Assembly (NCBI GenBank): GCA_964466035.1
Contig: CAYXLR010000002.1
Location: 67,206 to 131,205, forward strand
Length of the DNA stretch: 64,000 nt
Direction: 5' to 3'
From: an uncultured Thermotogae bacterium
GTDB lineage: Bacteria; Bipolaricaulota; Bipolaricaulia; UBA7950; UBA9294
The translations under genes and the position numbers were made by a program. Each line of letters starts with the position of its first letter. Positions within the stretch are counted from its first letter, which is position 1. The notes beneath the pieces are model-generated. The model worked only from the letters and a program-made list of their open reading frames with translations. It was not told the origin of the DNA and did not search any database. Below are positions 1 to 8,399 of this stretch, one piece after another.

Positions 1-185
1 TGGGGGCCCTTTTCACCCTGAGTGACGACATAGTCCACCCTCTGTCCCTCGGTCAGTTTCTTGAAGCCTGTCCCACGAACGGAACTGAAGTGGACGAACA
101 CGTCTCCGCCTTGGGGCCGCTCGATGAAGCCGTACCCTTTGGCGTCGTTGAACCACTTGACCTTCCCGGTTTCACGCTCTGCCAT
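1..185 (-). CDS. Cold-shock protein (CspA family); C-terminus cut by window edge
   Basis: Not in the ORF track because it runs off the edge. Manual reverse translation from the ATG at 185 gives [61 protein letters not shown]. It carries the KGYGFI and VFVHF RNA-binding motifs. A GGAGG lies about 10 nt upstream (196-200). Confidence 0.9.
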   Translation of the reverse strand, partial: MAERETGKVKWFNDAKGYGFIERPQGGDVFVHFSSVRGTGFKKLTEGQRVDYVVTQGEKGP

Positions 186-388
186 GGTCAATCTACCTCC
201 CTTGAATCTTCGGTACTCCATGTCGAAGGCTCCGACATCCTGAACACTACTCCCAACCGATGTCGCGACTCCCGTCGATCAGGCCGCTGGATCCTGTCGA
301 TCCAGAGCGCGCATCCCTGTGACGCGGACGCGCGAGAACCGCCTCGTCGGCGACTCCCACTTCCACAGACATCATCCGTCCTACTCGT

Positions 389-701
389 TCAATCATCGGC
401 TCTCCCTTTCCGAGGCTGTTCGCGGGGGCCAGCCTGGCCGGCCCCATGGTGGTCCCTCTCCTCGGATGCTTCCTCCGTCCCATTGCGGGTTTGCCTCATG
501 CCTGATGCTTGTCGGTCAGGGTCCGTACCGTATGTGTCCACAAGGCGCACGGACCAGCTCGGCGGTAGCATCGCCGCTATTGTGAGCAATCCAAGAGGCG
601 GCGAAGAGGCCTTTCTCCCAAGTGAAGCTGAGCGCTCGCTTGAAGCTCCAGAATGTTGGCGGAACTTCCGGGTAGATCAGTAGAGCATTCGTAGTATTCA
701 C
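389..701 (-). pseudogene. Decayed N-terminal fragment of a B12-binding radical SAM protein
   Basis: ORF 516..701 reads NALLIYPEVPPTFWSFKRALSF. The expected continuation PPLGLLTIAAMLPPSWSVRLVDT is in another frame (ORF 389..589), and a possible VRTLTDK continuation is in a third frame before a stop. At least two frame breaks are present and no radical-SAM core follows. Confidence 0.55.
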
Positions 702-765
702 CTCTCGAATTGGGCTTCCTTCGTAGCGACCTTGTCGCGCTGCGACTTCCTCCCGGGACCAGCGA

Positions 766-939
766 TCACACGCGCTTCAGGGCGTCTGTCACGTACTGCT
801 CCACGGCCGTGCGGATGATCTCGGACTCCGAGACTCCCTCCCTCTCCGACAGCTCTTGCAGCTGGGCCAGCAACTTGGCGGGAGCCATGAAGTTCTTCAT
901 CACTAAAGGATTCTCTGGATCTCGCTTTCTGCGTGCCAT
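766..939 (-). CDS. Ribbon-helix-helix (CopG/antitoxin-like) DNA-binding protein, 57 aa
   Basis: MARRKRDPENPLVMKNFMAPAKLLAQLQELSEREGVSESEIIRTAVEQYVTDALKRV has a beta-strand followed by two helices, which is the typical RHH layout. The start is set at 939 because the promoter -10 overlaps the upstream Met at 957. No partner toxin ORF was recognised downstream. Confidence 0.7.
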   Translation of the reverse strand: MARRKRDPENPLVMKNFMAPAKLLAQLQELSEREGVSESEIIRTAVEQYVTDALKRV

Positions 940-956
940 GAGGGGTGACCGGTCCA

Positions 957-985
957 AGTATACGATTAGTTATATATTTAGTCAA
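957..985 (-). promoter_or_regulatory. Sigma70-type promoter for the RHH gene
   Basis: The minus strand reads TTGACT (985-980), a 17-nt spacer, then TATACT (962-957), in the most AT-rich patch of this region. The predicted TSS is about 10 nt before the ATG at 939. Confidence 0.6.
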
Positions 986-1383
986 TAGCTCGGCCACCTT
1001 GCGGGACCCGACAGGGCCGCTCGCTTTCTCGACTGGAGATGTGCCACCGGGGTGCAGTGGGTGGTAAGAGGCGTGCAGTAGGGGTTCCAAGACCAGGAAC
1101 AGATCAGCAGAAGGTTTTCCGATCGTTCATCCAGGCTCCAGCCCAGAGGGTCCGAACTCGGTACGACGCCGTTCGAGAAGCGTCGAGGTAGGTGAGGCGG
1201 GCGAGACAGATCTCGAACCAAGCACCAAAAACGTCGAACGCTCCGTGAATGAGTACGCGGTCTGTGCAGGCTGCGTACCGGTTCAGAGGCAATCTGCCGG
1301 GCTTGGAAGGCCCGTGCTTCTCGAACTGACCGGATCCCGCTGTCTGATCCACTCGTGGAGTTCGTCCGCAACTCCTCAGCTGC

Positions 1384-2034
1384 CTAGGTCGGCGGACTTG
1401 GTGGGTCCTCTTGCTCCCACTTCGAGAGGTGTCCGAGTTTCTCGTTCTCCTTGTAGTCAGCGAGGATTGCCCAAACGACAATGGCCAACGTTGCGAGATA
1501 GACAGCCTCGATTGCCAGGGTGGACCAGAACACAAGATCCGATAGCTGTTGGATGGCAAGTGCCCAGATGCCCGCTCCGAAGATTGCCACAGAGAAGACG
1601 AGTATCGGGGCGAACCGCGCGAACGCAAGCGCCTTGTGCATCCACCACTCGATAGGATCCTCACTTGCCACTGCACTCCGATGCTTCATCAACTCCTTCT
1701 CCCAAGTCAACGCCCCCCTGGGCAGGGTTGGGTCCTGTCGCCTTATCACTTCCTCTATGTACTGCGCGTTGTAGGCGATCAACAGGTCATGCCGCACGTA
1801 ATAGAGCACGAGAACGCCCATGACACCTCCTACAGTCAGGAGGACCGGCCACACCCACTCCGAGAGGCTTCCAGAGCCTGCACTGATGGCAGCTCCCAGC
1901 AGACCTCCTGTCGCGCCGGCGAGTAGTAGAGCGTAGTTGAGCATTGCCTGCTGCGCGCCTAGCCTGTGGAGGATTTCCGTTCTCCTTGCTTGGTAGTCGA
2001 CTTGGAACCAGGAGTGATCTGGTTTCTCCATCAT
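1384..2034 (-). CDS. Hypothetical integral membrane protein (about 4 TM helices), 216 aa
   Basis: GGGAGG lies directly upstream of the ATGATG start. Four hydrophobic segments are present (AMLNYALLLAGATGGLLGAAI, WVWPVLLTVGGVMGVLVLYYV, FAPILVFSVAIFGAGIWALAI, LVFWSTLAIEAVYLATLAIVVWAIL). It is the last gene of the minus-strand string, 160 nt after the Shango helicase. Confidence 0.7.
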   Translation of the reverse strand: MMEKPDHSWFQVDYQARRTEILHRLGAQQAMLNYALLLAGATGGLLGAAISAGSGSLSEWVWPVLLTVGGVMGVLVLYYVRHDLLIAYNAQYIEEVIRRQDPTLPRGALTWEKELMKHRSAVASEDPIEWWMHKALAFARFAPILVFSVAIFGAGIWALAIQQLSDLVFWSTLAIEAVYLATLAIVVWAILADYKENEKLGHLSKWEQEDPPSPPT

Positions 2035-2195
2035 CTGCCTCCCTTCGGCTTGAACTGCAAACGCACTGCCGCCCGAAGATGCTACATCAACAGCCGATCG
2101 GCCGGATCCACCTAAGCGTCGGACCTCTTATGACCCAACACCGGACTGATCGCCTGGCCGCGAATCGACACCTGGAGACCATGCAAGAGAGACTG

Positions 2196-4433
2196 TCAGG
2201 CTGAAGGGAACCTGGATAGGACTTCCTCGACATAGTCCTTCGTCTCCTGGATGCGGATCATCCGAGACGCATAGTCGATCGCCGTAAGTTCATCACCCAA
2301 GTACTCATCGTACTTCTCAGTCTCCCGATTCCGTACTTGGAACGCCAAGGCCACCGGGTCGTGATCGCAGGTCAACGCATCGCGAAGCTTCGCAGCAAAG
2401 GAGCTAGGCGGCATCCTGGGGCAGCGCAAAGCGACAGCAAGCAGATCAACTTGGCAGGATGTGGCCTCCAGCATGGCCCTGAGAGTGTGTCGTATGAGGT
2501 CGCTAGTCCAGCAGAAGAGGTACGAGTCACCTCCGTACTGGATGAGGCTCGTCTGGGCCAGTCCGAGATCTGCGAACGTCCTTTGCGCCGCGCGAAGGAA
2601 GTACTCCGCGGTCCTGTCAAGATAGGCTCGCGACTCGCTGCTGGCCAGTGCACTTCTCATTCTCTCTCGCACCTCGCGCCCCACCAGCCAGCCGCTTCCT
2701 GCAAAGCGCGGAGGCTTCCCCGCCGGCGAAGGCACGAGGGTCACGACTCTCCGCTGGCTATCCACATCTCGAATTAGCCACCTCTGTCCCCCAAAGATCA
2801 TGTGGTTGCCCGGGATCAGAGGATGAGAGATCGGTAGCGATCCGAGCGGGCCGTCGGGAGCCATCAGGGTGTATTCCTCTGGCGTATGGAAGATCGCGTA
2901 GAAGCCTCGCTGGCGCTGAATCCTCTCTCCCTCAGATCCGAGAAGAAGCGTGCCGTTGGGAGCCTGCTCGATCAGGTTCCTCGCGCCCATCTGCCGAAGC
3001 AGCGCAATGAAGATGTCCTTCTCGACATTTTCAAACGGGCCGGTATCGCAGAGTATTCTCCACAACTCAGATGCGGTCACACCTCCCTTCTCCCCGATCA
3101 TCGAGAGGATCTGATGCAGAAGAGTCGAAAGGTGCAGTGACTCCGCTGTTGGGGATTCGCACCAACCGTCAAGTAGCAGGTCGAGTTGCGCGACTGTCTG
3201 GATCATCCTCAAGTGCAGTCTCTCTTCGATGCTCGAATCCGATCGCGGGATGTACTCCATCACGTAGAGACGCAGCACTGCGGGATTCCCACGTCTCCCT
3301 GAGCGTCCCAGCCTCTGGCGAATGCTCGATACGGAAGGCGGACAGCCTATCTGTCCGACGCTCTCGATCTGACCGATGTCTATTCCCAGTTCCAGCGTAC
3401 TCGTGCAGACTGCTGTAGCGGGCCGATTCGGATTCCTTAGCGCCTCCACTGCGTGCTCTCTCAAAGGCTTGGACAGGGATCCGTGGTGCGCGAAGAACTC
3501 ATTCGGAACTGATGCCGCCTCACATAGACGCCGCAGCTTGTCGGCGTACATCTCAACACCAGCCCTGGTGTTTGCGAAGAGGAGGTTGTTCCTCCCCCTC
3601 AGAGCATTGAACACCACTTTCGGGATCTCATCTGCCACTGCCATCTTCAGCTCGCCTGCGTCAGACCCAGTCGAGCCCTGTTGGCTCCCATCGGCTTCAT
3701 CCGCGAATCCCAGAAGCGCCATGCGAAGCTCACCCTTATCACCAGCTCGGATGTGGATTGCATCCCGATCACTGCCGGGCCGAAGGAAGGCAGCGGCCTG
3801 ATCGAGATCACCGAGCGTCGCGCTTAGCGCTACGCGCGTTGCGGAGTGGCCAGTGACAACATCGAGACGGTGCATGAGGCTCTGAAGCTGTCTCCCTCGT
3901 TCAGCAGCTAAGTAGGAGTGCAACTCATCAACCACGACATACTGCAGTGGCGCGAACAGCCGCCGCATGTGGTCTCCCCTAACGACGAAGAACGCCTCTA
4001 GTGACTCGGGCGTTGTCAGGAGAATCCCCTCGGGGTTCCGCATGGCGCGTGTCCTGGTGGATTGGGAGACGTCGCTATGCCAAGCCGTCACCGCGACATC
4101 TACCAGCTCAGCGATCTCGGTCAGCCTACGGTGCTGGTCATCGATTAGTGCCCTGAGCGGAGAGACGTACAGAACTCTGAATCCAATCAGCTCTTCAGTA
4201 TCCGCAGCCAGGATGCTCAGGATTGGCAAGAAGACCGCCTCGGTCTTCCCGCCAGCTGTGGGAGCAGCAACCACGACATCAGACTCGGCCGAGCACATGA
4301 TCGCCTGGATTGCTCTCTCCTGGATCTCGTGGAGCTTCGTCCACCGCTGCTGCCACGCCCACTTCTGCAGGCGCTTGTCCAGGAGATCAAAGGATGAGCT
4401 TCGAGCGTTAGAGCTTGAAACGTGCGAGGCCAT
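2196..4433 (-). CDS. sngC: Shango SngC-type DEAD/DEAH (Lhr-like) helicase
   Basis: Helicase motif I is AAPTAGGKTEA, motif II is VVVDELH, SAT is SATLG and motif VI is QRLGRSGRRG. A C-terminal extension of about 330 aa follows. The start is uncertain (Met at 4433, 4463 or 4511). It overlaps the end of the upstream ATPase gene. Confidence 0.85.
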   Translation of the reverse strand: MASHVSSSNARSSSFDLLDKRLQKWAWQQRWTKLHEIQERAIQAIMCSAESDVVVAAPTAGGKTEAVFLPILSILAADTEELIGFRVLYVSPLRALIDDQHRRLTEIAELVDVAVTAWHSDVSQSTRTRAMRNPEGILLTTPESLEAFFVVRGDHMRRLFAPLQYVVVDELHSYLAAERGRQLQSLMHRLDVVTGHSATRVALSATLGDLDQAAAFLRPGSDRDAIHIRAGDKGELRMALLGFADEADGSQQGSTGSDAGELKMAVADEIPKVVFNALRGRNNLLFANTRAGVEMYADKLRRLCEAASVPNEFFAHHGSLSKPLREHAVEALRNPNRPATAVCTSTLELGIDIGQIESVGQIGCPPSVSSIRQRLGRSGRRGNPAVLRLYVMEYIPRSDSSIEERLHLRMIQTVAQLDLLLDGWCESPTAESLHLSTLLHQILSMIGEKGGVTASELWRILCDTGPFENVEKDIFIALLRQMGARNLIEQAPNGTLLLGSEGERIQRQRGFYAIFHTPEEYTLMAPDGPLGSLPISHPLIPGNHMIFGGQRWLIRDVDSQRRVVTLVPSPAGKPPRFAGSGWLVGREVRERMRSALASSESRAYLDRTAEYFLRAAQRTFADLGLAQTSLIQYGGDSYLFCWTSDLIRHTLRAMLEATSCQVDLLAVALRCPRMPPSSFAAKLRDALTCDHDPVALAFQVRNRETEKYDEYLGDELTAIDYASRMIRIQETKDYVEEVLSRFPSA

Positions 4434-5733
4434 CGTTGACGGTTCCCTCTTGTCCGTCCACATCAAACTCCTCGCCAGCAATCGGGTTCCCGCCGGAGTC
4501 GGCATGCACATCCACGCCAGTTAGAATCGTCTGCCACGACACGTCCGGGTTCTGCTCTAGCACAGCGAGAAGATCTACAAAAGCCATGATTGTCGTTCGA
4601 GGCGTTCGGAAGTACGCCTCGCCGATTCGGTTCATGCAATGCCCCATGAATGCCTCGATGACTTCGCTTGTTACAGTGATAGTCTCCTCTCGGCCTGAAG
4701 TGTAGACGTCTCGGACCTTCTCAAGCAGAACGAATAGGTCCTCTGGCGTAAGGCTCTGCAGCCGGATCACGGGACCACTGTGGTCTACCAATCCGTCCAC
4801 CGCGAAAGTGTTCTCCGCAAGGCGCGAACTCAGAGCTTCATGGCTGTACACACCTCTGCGGGGATCTTGCAGGAACTCCAGCGTGCCTGCAGCGAGGAAG
4901 CCAATGCCTCTTGAGATACCCTGTATGCTGTCATTGACGATCCGCAGTAGCTGCTCGTAGTTGCCGCGACGGGCCTGTGCGTTCTGCAGCATATAGATGC
5001 TGACCATCTCGTCCAGACAGACAAGCAGCCCATCGAAGCCTGCAAGCCGGCAGAACCGACCGAGTAGCTTCAGGTGGTCGTAGAACGAGTTATCACTGAC
5101 AATCGTGCGGATGCCGAGCGCCTGCCGCGCTTCGGTTTTCGTAGAGAACTCTCCTCTCAGCCACCGTATCGCATTCGACCTTAACTCATCGTCACCGGCG
5201 TCATAGCCTCGCCAATACGCCGCCACGACCGCCCCGAAGTCATACCCGCCCACGAGTTCGGATAGAGCCGCAACTCGGCTCGCGATAACGGAGTTCACGT
5301 CTGCGGATGTGCTTTCAGCCTCAGCAAGCGCCCCCGCGACGAATCGTTCCACAAGTGCTGGAAGCGCTCCTCCATCTGGGCTGCTGCGTGTCGACATGTT
5401 CCTCATCAGCTCGCTGTAGAGTGCGCGCGCCTGCCCGCCTGTTGAATACAGACGGCGAGCCGAAGACAGGTCGCAGTGAACTGTCACCAGTTTCCTACTA
5501 AGAGCCATCTCACGTACCAGGTTTAGGAAGAAGGTCTTGCCTGAACCGTAATCTCCGATCACGAATCTGATGCCCGAACCACCATCCGCAATCCGCTCGA
5601 TGTCCTTCTTCATCTCGCGGATCTCGTTCTCCCGCGCTACCTGGATGTGCTGGATGCCCGTTCGAGGAACAACTCCTGCCTGAAGAGCTTGCACGATCGC
5701 ATCTCGAACTCGTGGTCTGATACGACTACTCAT
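4408..5733 (-). CDS. sngB: Shango SngB-type ATPase (DUF2791/BrxD-like)
   Basis: Walker A is GDYGSGKTFF and the Walker-B-like segment is LLVCLDEM. The overall layout matches the BREX BrxD/DUF2791 family. The ATG at 5733 overlaps the sngA stop by 8 nt. Confidence 0.85.
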   Translation of the reverse strand: MSSRIRPRVRDAIVQALQAGVVPRTGIQHIQVARENEIREMKKDIERIADGGSGIRFVIGDYGSGKTFFLNLVREMALSRKLVTVHCDLSSARRLYSTGGQARALYSELMRNMSTRSSPDGGALPALVERFVAGALAEAESTSADVNSVIASRVAALSELVGGYDFGAVVAAYWRGYDAGDDELRSNAIRWLRGEFSTKTEARQALGIRTIVSDNSFYDHLKLLGRFCRLAGFDGLLVCLDEMVSIYMLQNAQARRGNYEQLLRIVNDSIQGISRGIGFLAAGTLEFLQDPRRGVYSHEALSSRLAENTFAVDGLVDHSGPVIRLQSLTPEDLFVLLEKVRDVYTSGREETITVTSEVIEAFMGHCMNRIGEAYFRTPRTTIMAFVDLLAVLEQNPDVSWQTILTGVDVHADSGGNPIAGEEFDVDGQEGTVNDGLARFKL

Positions 5734-7981
5734 ACAACCCCCCAACAAGGTCAGCAATGTCTGTCACGACTCGAAGCGGATCTGCCTTCTCAATCAACAC
5801 ATCCTCGAATCTGTCCACGACAGCTTCGTTGATAGCCTCGATAGCTGCGTCGGGGAGCAAGTTGACCTCGCGACACATCTCAGCCCATCGTTCCACAGGA
5901 ATCTGTCCATAGCGAAGAAGCTCCAGGACCAGCCGGCGGTGCGCATCGTCGAAGATCTCGTCGCCTTGGTCTTCCTCATCCTCGTCCACCGTCTCGAGCT
6001 GTGCCTGAGGCTCCTCCTCGTAGAAGACCTCTTCGAGCAGTGTGACGACCGATTCGGACTCTTCTCGTTTCCTCCGAATGCTCTCTTCATCCAGGACAAT
6101 CACGCCACCTTCTGTGGCCGTCTGCGGCGGAAGCTCGTACGATGGGGACGTTTCGCGAGCCTGTCGAACGGTCACTGGCTCCTTCCCCGACGCACCACTC
6201 CCGCCAGCCATGAGTTCGTGAATCTCGGAATGCACGGACTCCGGCGGCAGCTCGAGAACGCTGTACGTCTTCTGCAGTGCCTTGACCTCTTCCTGCGTAA
6301 TGCGGCCGTCAGCTGCAGCCACAAGAAGAAGGTACTTCGCAATCTCCTGTCTCTGCGTCTCACTCAACCCCGACACGGCGCTTCTCAGTGACCGAGCCGC
6401 AGGCGGGCTTCCTAGCAGGATTCGCAGTCGAGCCTCAAGGCGGTTTCTTTCGGCAGCACTCAGGCCAGAGAACCGCCTCGATATCACATCTAGCTCCGCT
6501 GCGTCCACACCATCGGTAGAGCTAACCGTGACGGCGAACGGTAGAGACGCAGCGCAAGCCCTGAATTCGGGTGACAGCTTCGATTCCGGCTTCCACTCTT
6601 GTCTGAAAATGCAGATGGTGCTGGCAAGATCGGGAACCTTGCCGCCATACGCAGGGTCTGGCTCGACTCCAAAGCCAAGCTTCCCAAGCAAGAGAGAAGC
6701 GAGTTCCCACTTCTTTCGAGTCAGTTCTTCTGGACTGACTCCTTCTAGTTCAGACACGAGGTCGCTCGCCGCTGCTTCGCGTAGTGCGTCTTCGGCGAGC
6801 AACTCGTTCAGCCACTCGCGAACTCTCGCCACAACCGCAGAGGAGGTCTCGTCCAGAACCTCCTTTGGCAGAAGTGCCGGCAAGTACTCCGTCAGCGAAG
6901 CAGCTGACTTCCTCCCCAATGCACGGCTGTACTTGTCCAACGCGTTGGTGCATTCCTCCACAATCGCTCGGAGCTTGTCGGTTGGCCTCTTGAGCACCGT
7001 GACATCAGGCAGTTCCGTATGGAGCCGGAATGGTCGGCTTGATATAGCGAGGCTGGCCGCCTGGTACTCAATCCTGAGTGGGGTTTTGCTCGGAGCGACA
7101 ACTATCCCGTCCCCGTGCTTTTTCGAGTAGCGGCTCAGGAAGAGGGACTCGAATTCTTCCCTGCATCTGATTGCCGGTGTTCGGAGGTTGTTGAGCGGTA
7201 TGTTATACGCCCATTGTAGCGCCCACTGTGCAGGAACCGGCTCCCCAGCTGCCGCGAATTGGCCCAGCCCCAGCTTGACCTCAAGAGGTACGTCCCAGCG
7301 GCGGGCGAGGGGAGATTGAAGCTCTACTCTGCTTTCCGTGAGCATCGCTTTGCTACACGCTAGCAACCCGAGGAAGCTACCCGTGTAGCCCTGAAATGAC
7401 CCACTGTCTGGGTAGAGTTCTCTCAGCCGTAGGACCTCGTCTCTGATGAGATCGAGTTCCTCGGTCCATGTGCCACGCGCGATCAGCTCATCGATCGCTC
7501 GCTTCTCCAAACCGTAGAAGAAGATGAATAGGTGGCCTGTATCGACAGCCGGGGTCTTCCTCCCGTCGGCCAGCCACTGCAGGTAGCCCGCCCGATTAGC
7601 CGGCGAAAGCCCCGAGTAGCTCGGCCAGTACCCGATGTCTCCCGTCGTGCCCGGTGGGTGGTCGTCTACTGGTAGCCTGGTGTTGATGAGCGAAGGGTCG
7701 CTCCACTTGCCGGATGCCCCGGGCTTGTGATCAGCTGCGTACACGAAGCCCGCCGTAATCGAATACCCAGCGACTTCGATGAGGTCGCCAGGAAGTAGCC
7801 ATCTAGCGTCGCTGCCTCTTTCCTTCTTAGTTGGCGCCTGAGGATAGCTCGTCCTAACGGTGATTGTGAAGGAGTCGTCGTCGCCACTGCGCCGCGCTCG
7901 CTCCTGCTCCTCGCGCTTCTGAGCGGACTTCCATAGGAAGTAGCCAACAGCAATCACAACGACAACTACCCAGAACCACAT
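5726..7981 (-). CDS. sngA: Shango SngA-type TerB-N/TerB/TerB-C protein with an N-terminal TM helix
   Basis: An N-terminal helix (WFWVVVVVIAVGYFLW) is followed by a TerB-N-like region. A TerB-like segment (EIAKYLLLVAAADGRITQEEVKALQKTY) comes next, then an acidic linker and a TerB-C-like tail (LDEESIRRKREESESVVTLLEEVF...). The gene order A-B-C matches the published Shango system. Confidence 0.85.
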   Translation of the reverse strand: MWFWVVVVVIAVGYFLWKSAQKREEQERARRSGDDDSFTITVRTSYPQAPTKKERGSDARWLLPGDLIEVAGYSITAGFVYAADHKPGASGKWSDPSLINTRLPVDDHPPGTTGDIGYWPSYSGLSPANRAGYLQWLADGRKTPAVDTGHLFIFFYGLEKRAIDELIARGTWTEELDLIRDEVLRLRELYPDSGSFQGYTGSFLGLLACSKAMLTESRVELQSPLARRWDVPLEVKLGLGQFAAAGEPVPAQWALQWAYNIPLNNLRTPAIRCREEFESLFLSRYSKKHGDGIVVAPSKTPLRIEYQAASLAISSRPFRLHTELPDVTVLKRPTDKLRAIVEECTNALDKYSRALGRKSAASLTEYLPALLPKEVLDETSSAVVARVREWLNELLAEDALREAAASDLVSELEGVSPEELTRKKWELASLLLGKLGFGVEPDPAYGGKVPDLASTICIFRQEWKPESKLSPEFRACAASLPFAVTVSSTDGVDAAELDVISRRFSGLSAAERNRLEARLRILLGSPPAARSLRSAVSGLSETQRQEIAKYLLLVAAADGRITQEEVKALQKTYSVLELPPESVHSEIHELMAGGSGASGKEPVTVRQARETSPSYELPPQTATEGGVIVLDEESIRRKREESESVVTLLEEVFYEEEPQAQLETVDEDEEDQGDEIFDDAHRRLVLELLRYGQIPVERWAEMCREVNLLPDAAIEAINEAVVDRFEDVLIEKADPLRVVTDIADLVGGLYE

Positions 7982-7990
7982 ATCGGCACC

Positions 7991-8399
7991 TCAGCCCCGC
8001 TGCTCAGGTTTCTCCTGTTGCTTCAGTAGCAGCTCTCTTGCCTTCGCCAGTCGCTCCGTGAAGCCCTTAGTCTGCACACCATGTCCGTGTTCCTGCCGTG
8101 CGAATCGCTCGAGGATCTCAACTTCGCGAGCGAAGTCCTTCTGCTTGCGGTACAGCTTGGCGGCCTCCATAGTAGTACCATGGAGCGACTGCCCACCTCT
8201 TCTTTCGAGCTTCTGCCTCGACCGCGTCAATCAGCTCTCGCAGCAGTTCTTCGAGTTTAGCTAGGCGCCCCTGCCGCTTCAGGTCTTTGGCTACTTCCAC
8301 ATAATCGGTGTAGTGGCGCCCCCGAACGTAACCAGCTCTCATCCAAGCACCTCCTGCCTGAAGGTGCCTCTTCAGGCCAATCGACCAACTGCTCAGCAT
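7991..8399 (-). pseudogene. Small helical (TPR-like) protein split by a +1 frame break
   Basis: ORF 8118..8399 ends ...RWAVAPWYYYGGRQ. ORF 7991..8230, one frame over, continues MEAAKLYRKQKDFAREVEILERFARQ. Joined, the two read APWYY(Y)-EAAKLYRKQKDF, like a single conserved small protein. The break is at the TACTACTAT run, about 8168-8180. The ATG at 8399 directly abuts the TGA of the upstream gene. Confidence 0.5.

Noticed and set aside
698-1090. A 130-aa minus ORF overlapping the RHH gene.
   Set aside because: It is in a different frame from the well-formed RHH ORF. It runs through the promoter and has no recognisable fold signature.
982-1676. ORFs 982..1371, 1104..1676 (minus) and 1245..1655 (plus), between the RHH promoter and the 4-TM gene.
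   Set aside because: They are Arg/Ser-rich with no motifs, and 1104..1676 overlaps the convincing membrane-protein gene. The stretch 985-1383 may hold a decayed gene (..RVLIHGAFDVFGAWFEICLARL..), but I cannot support a call.
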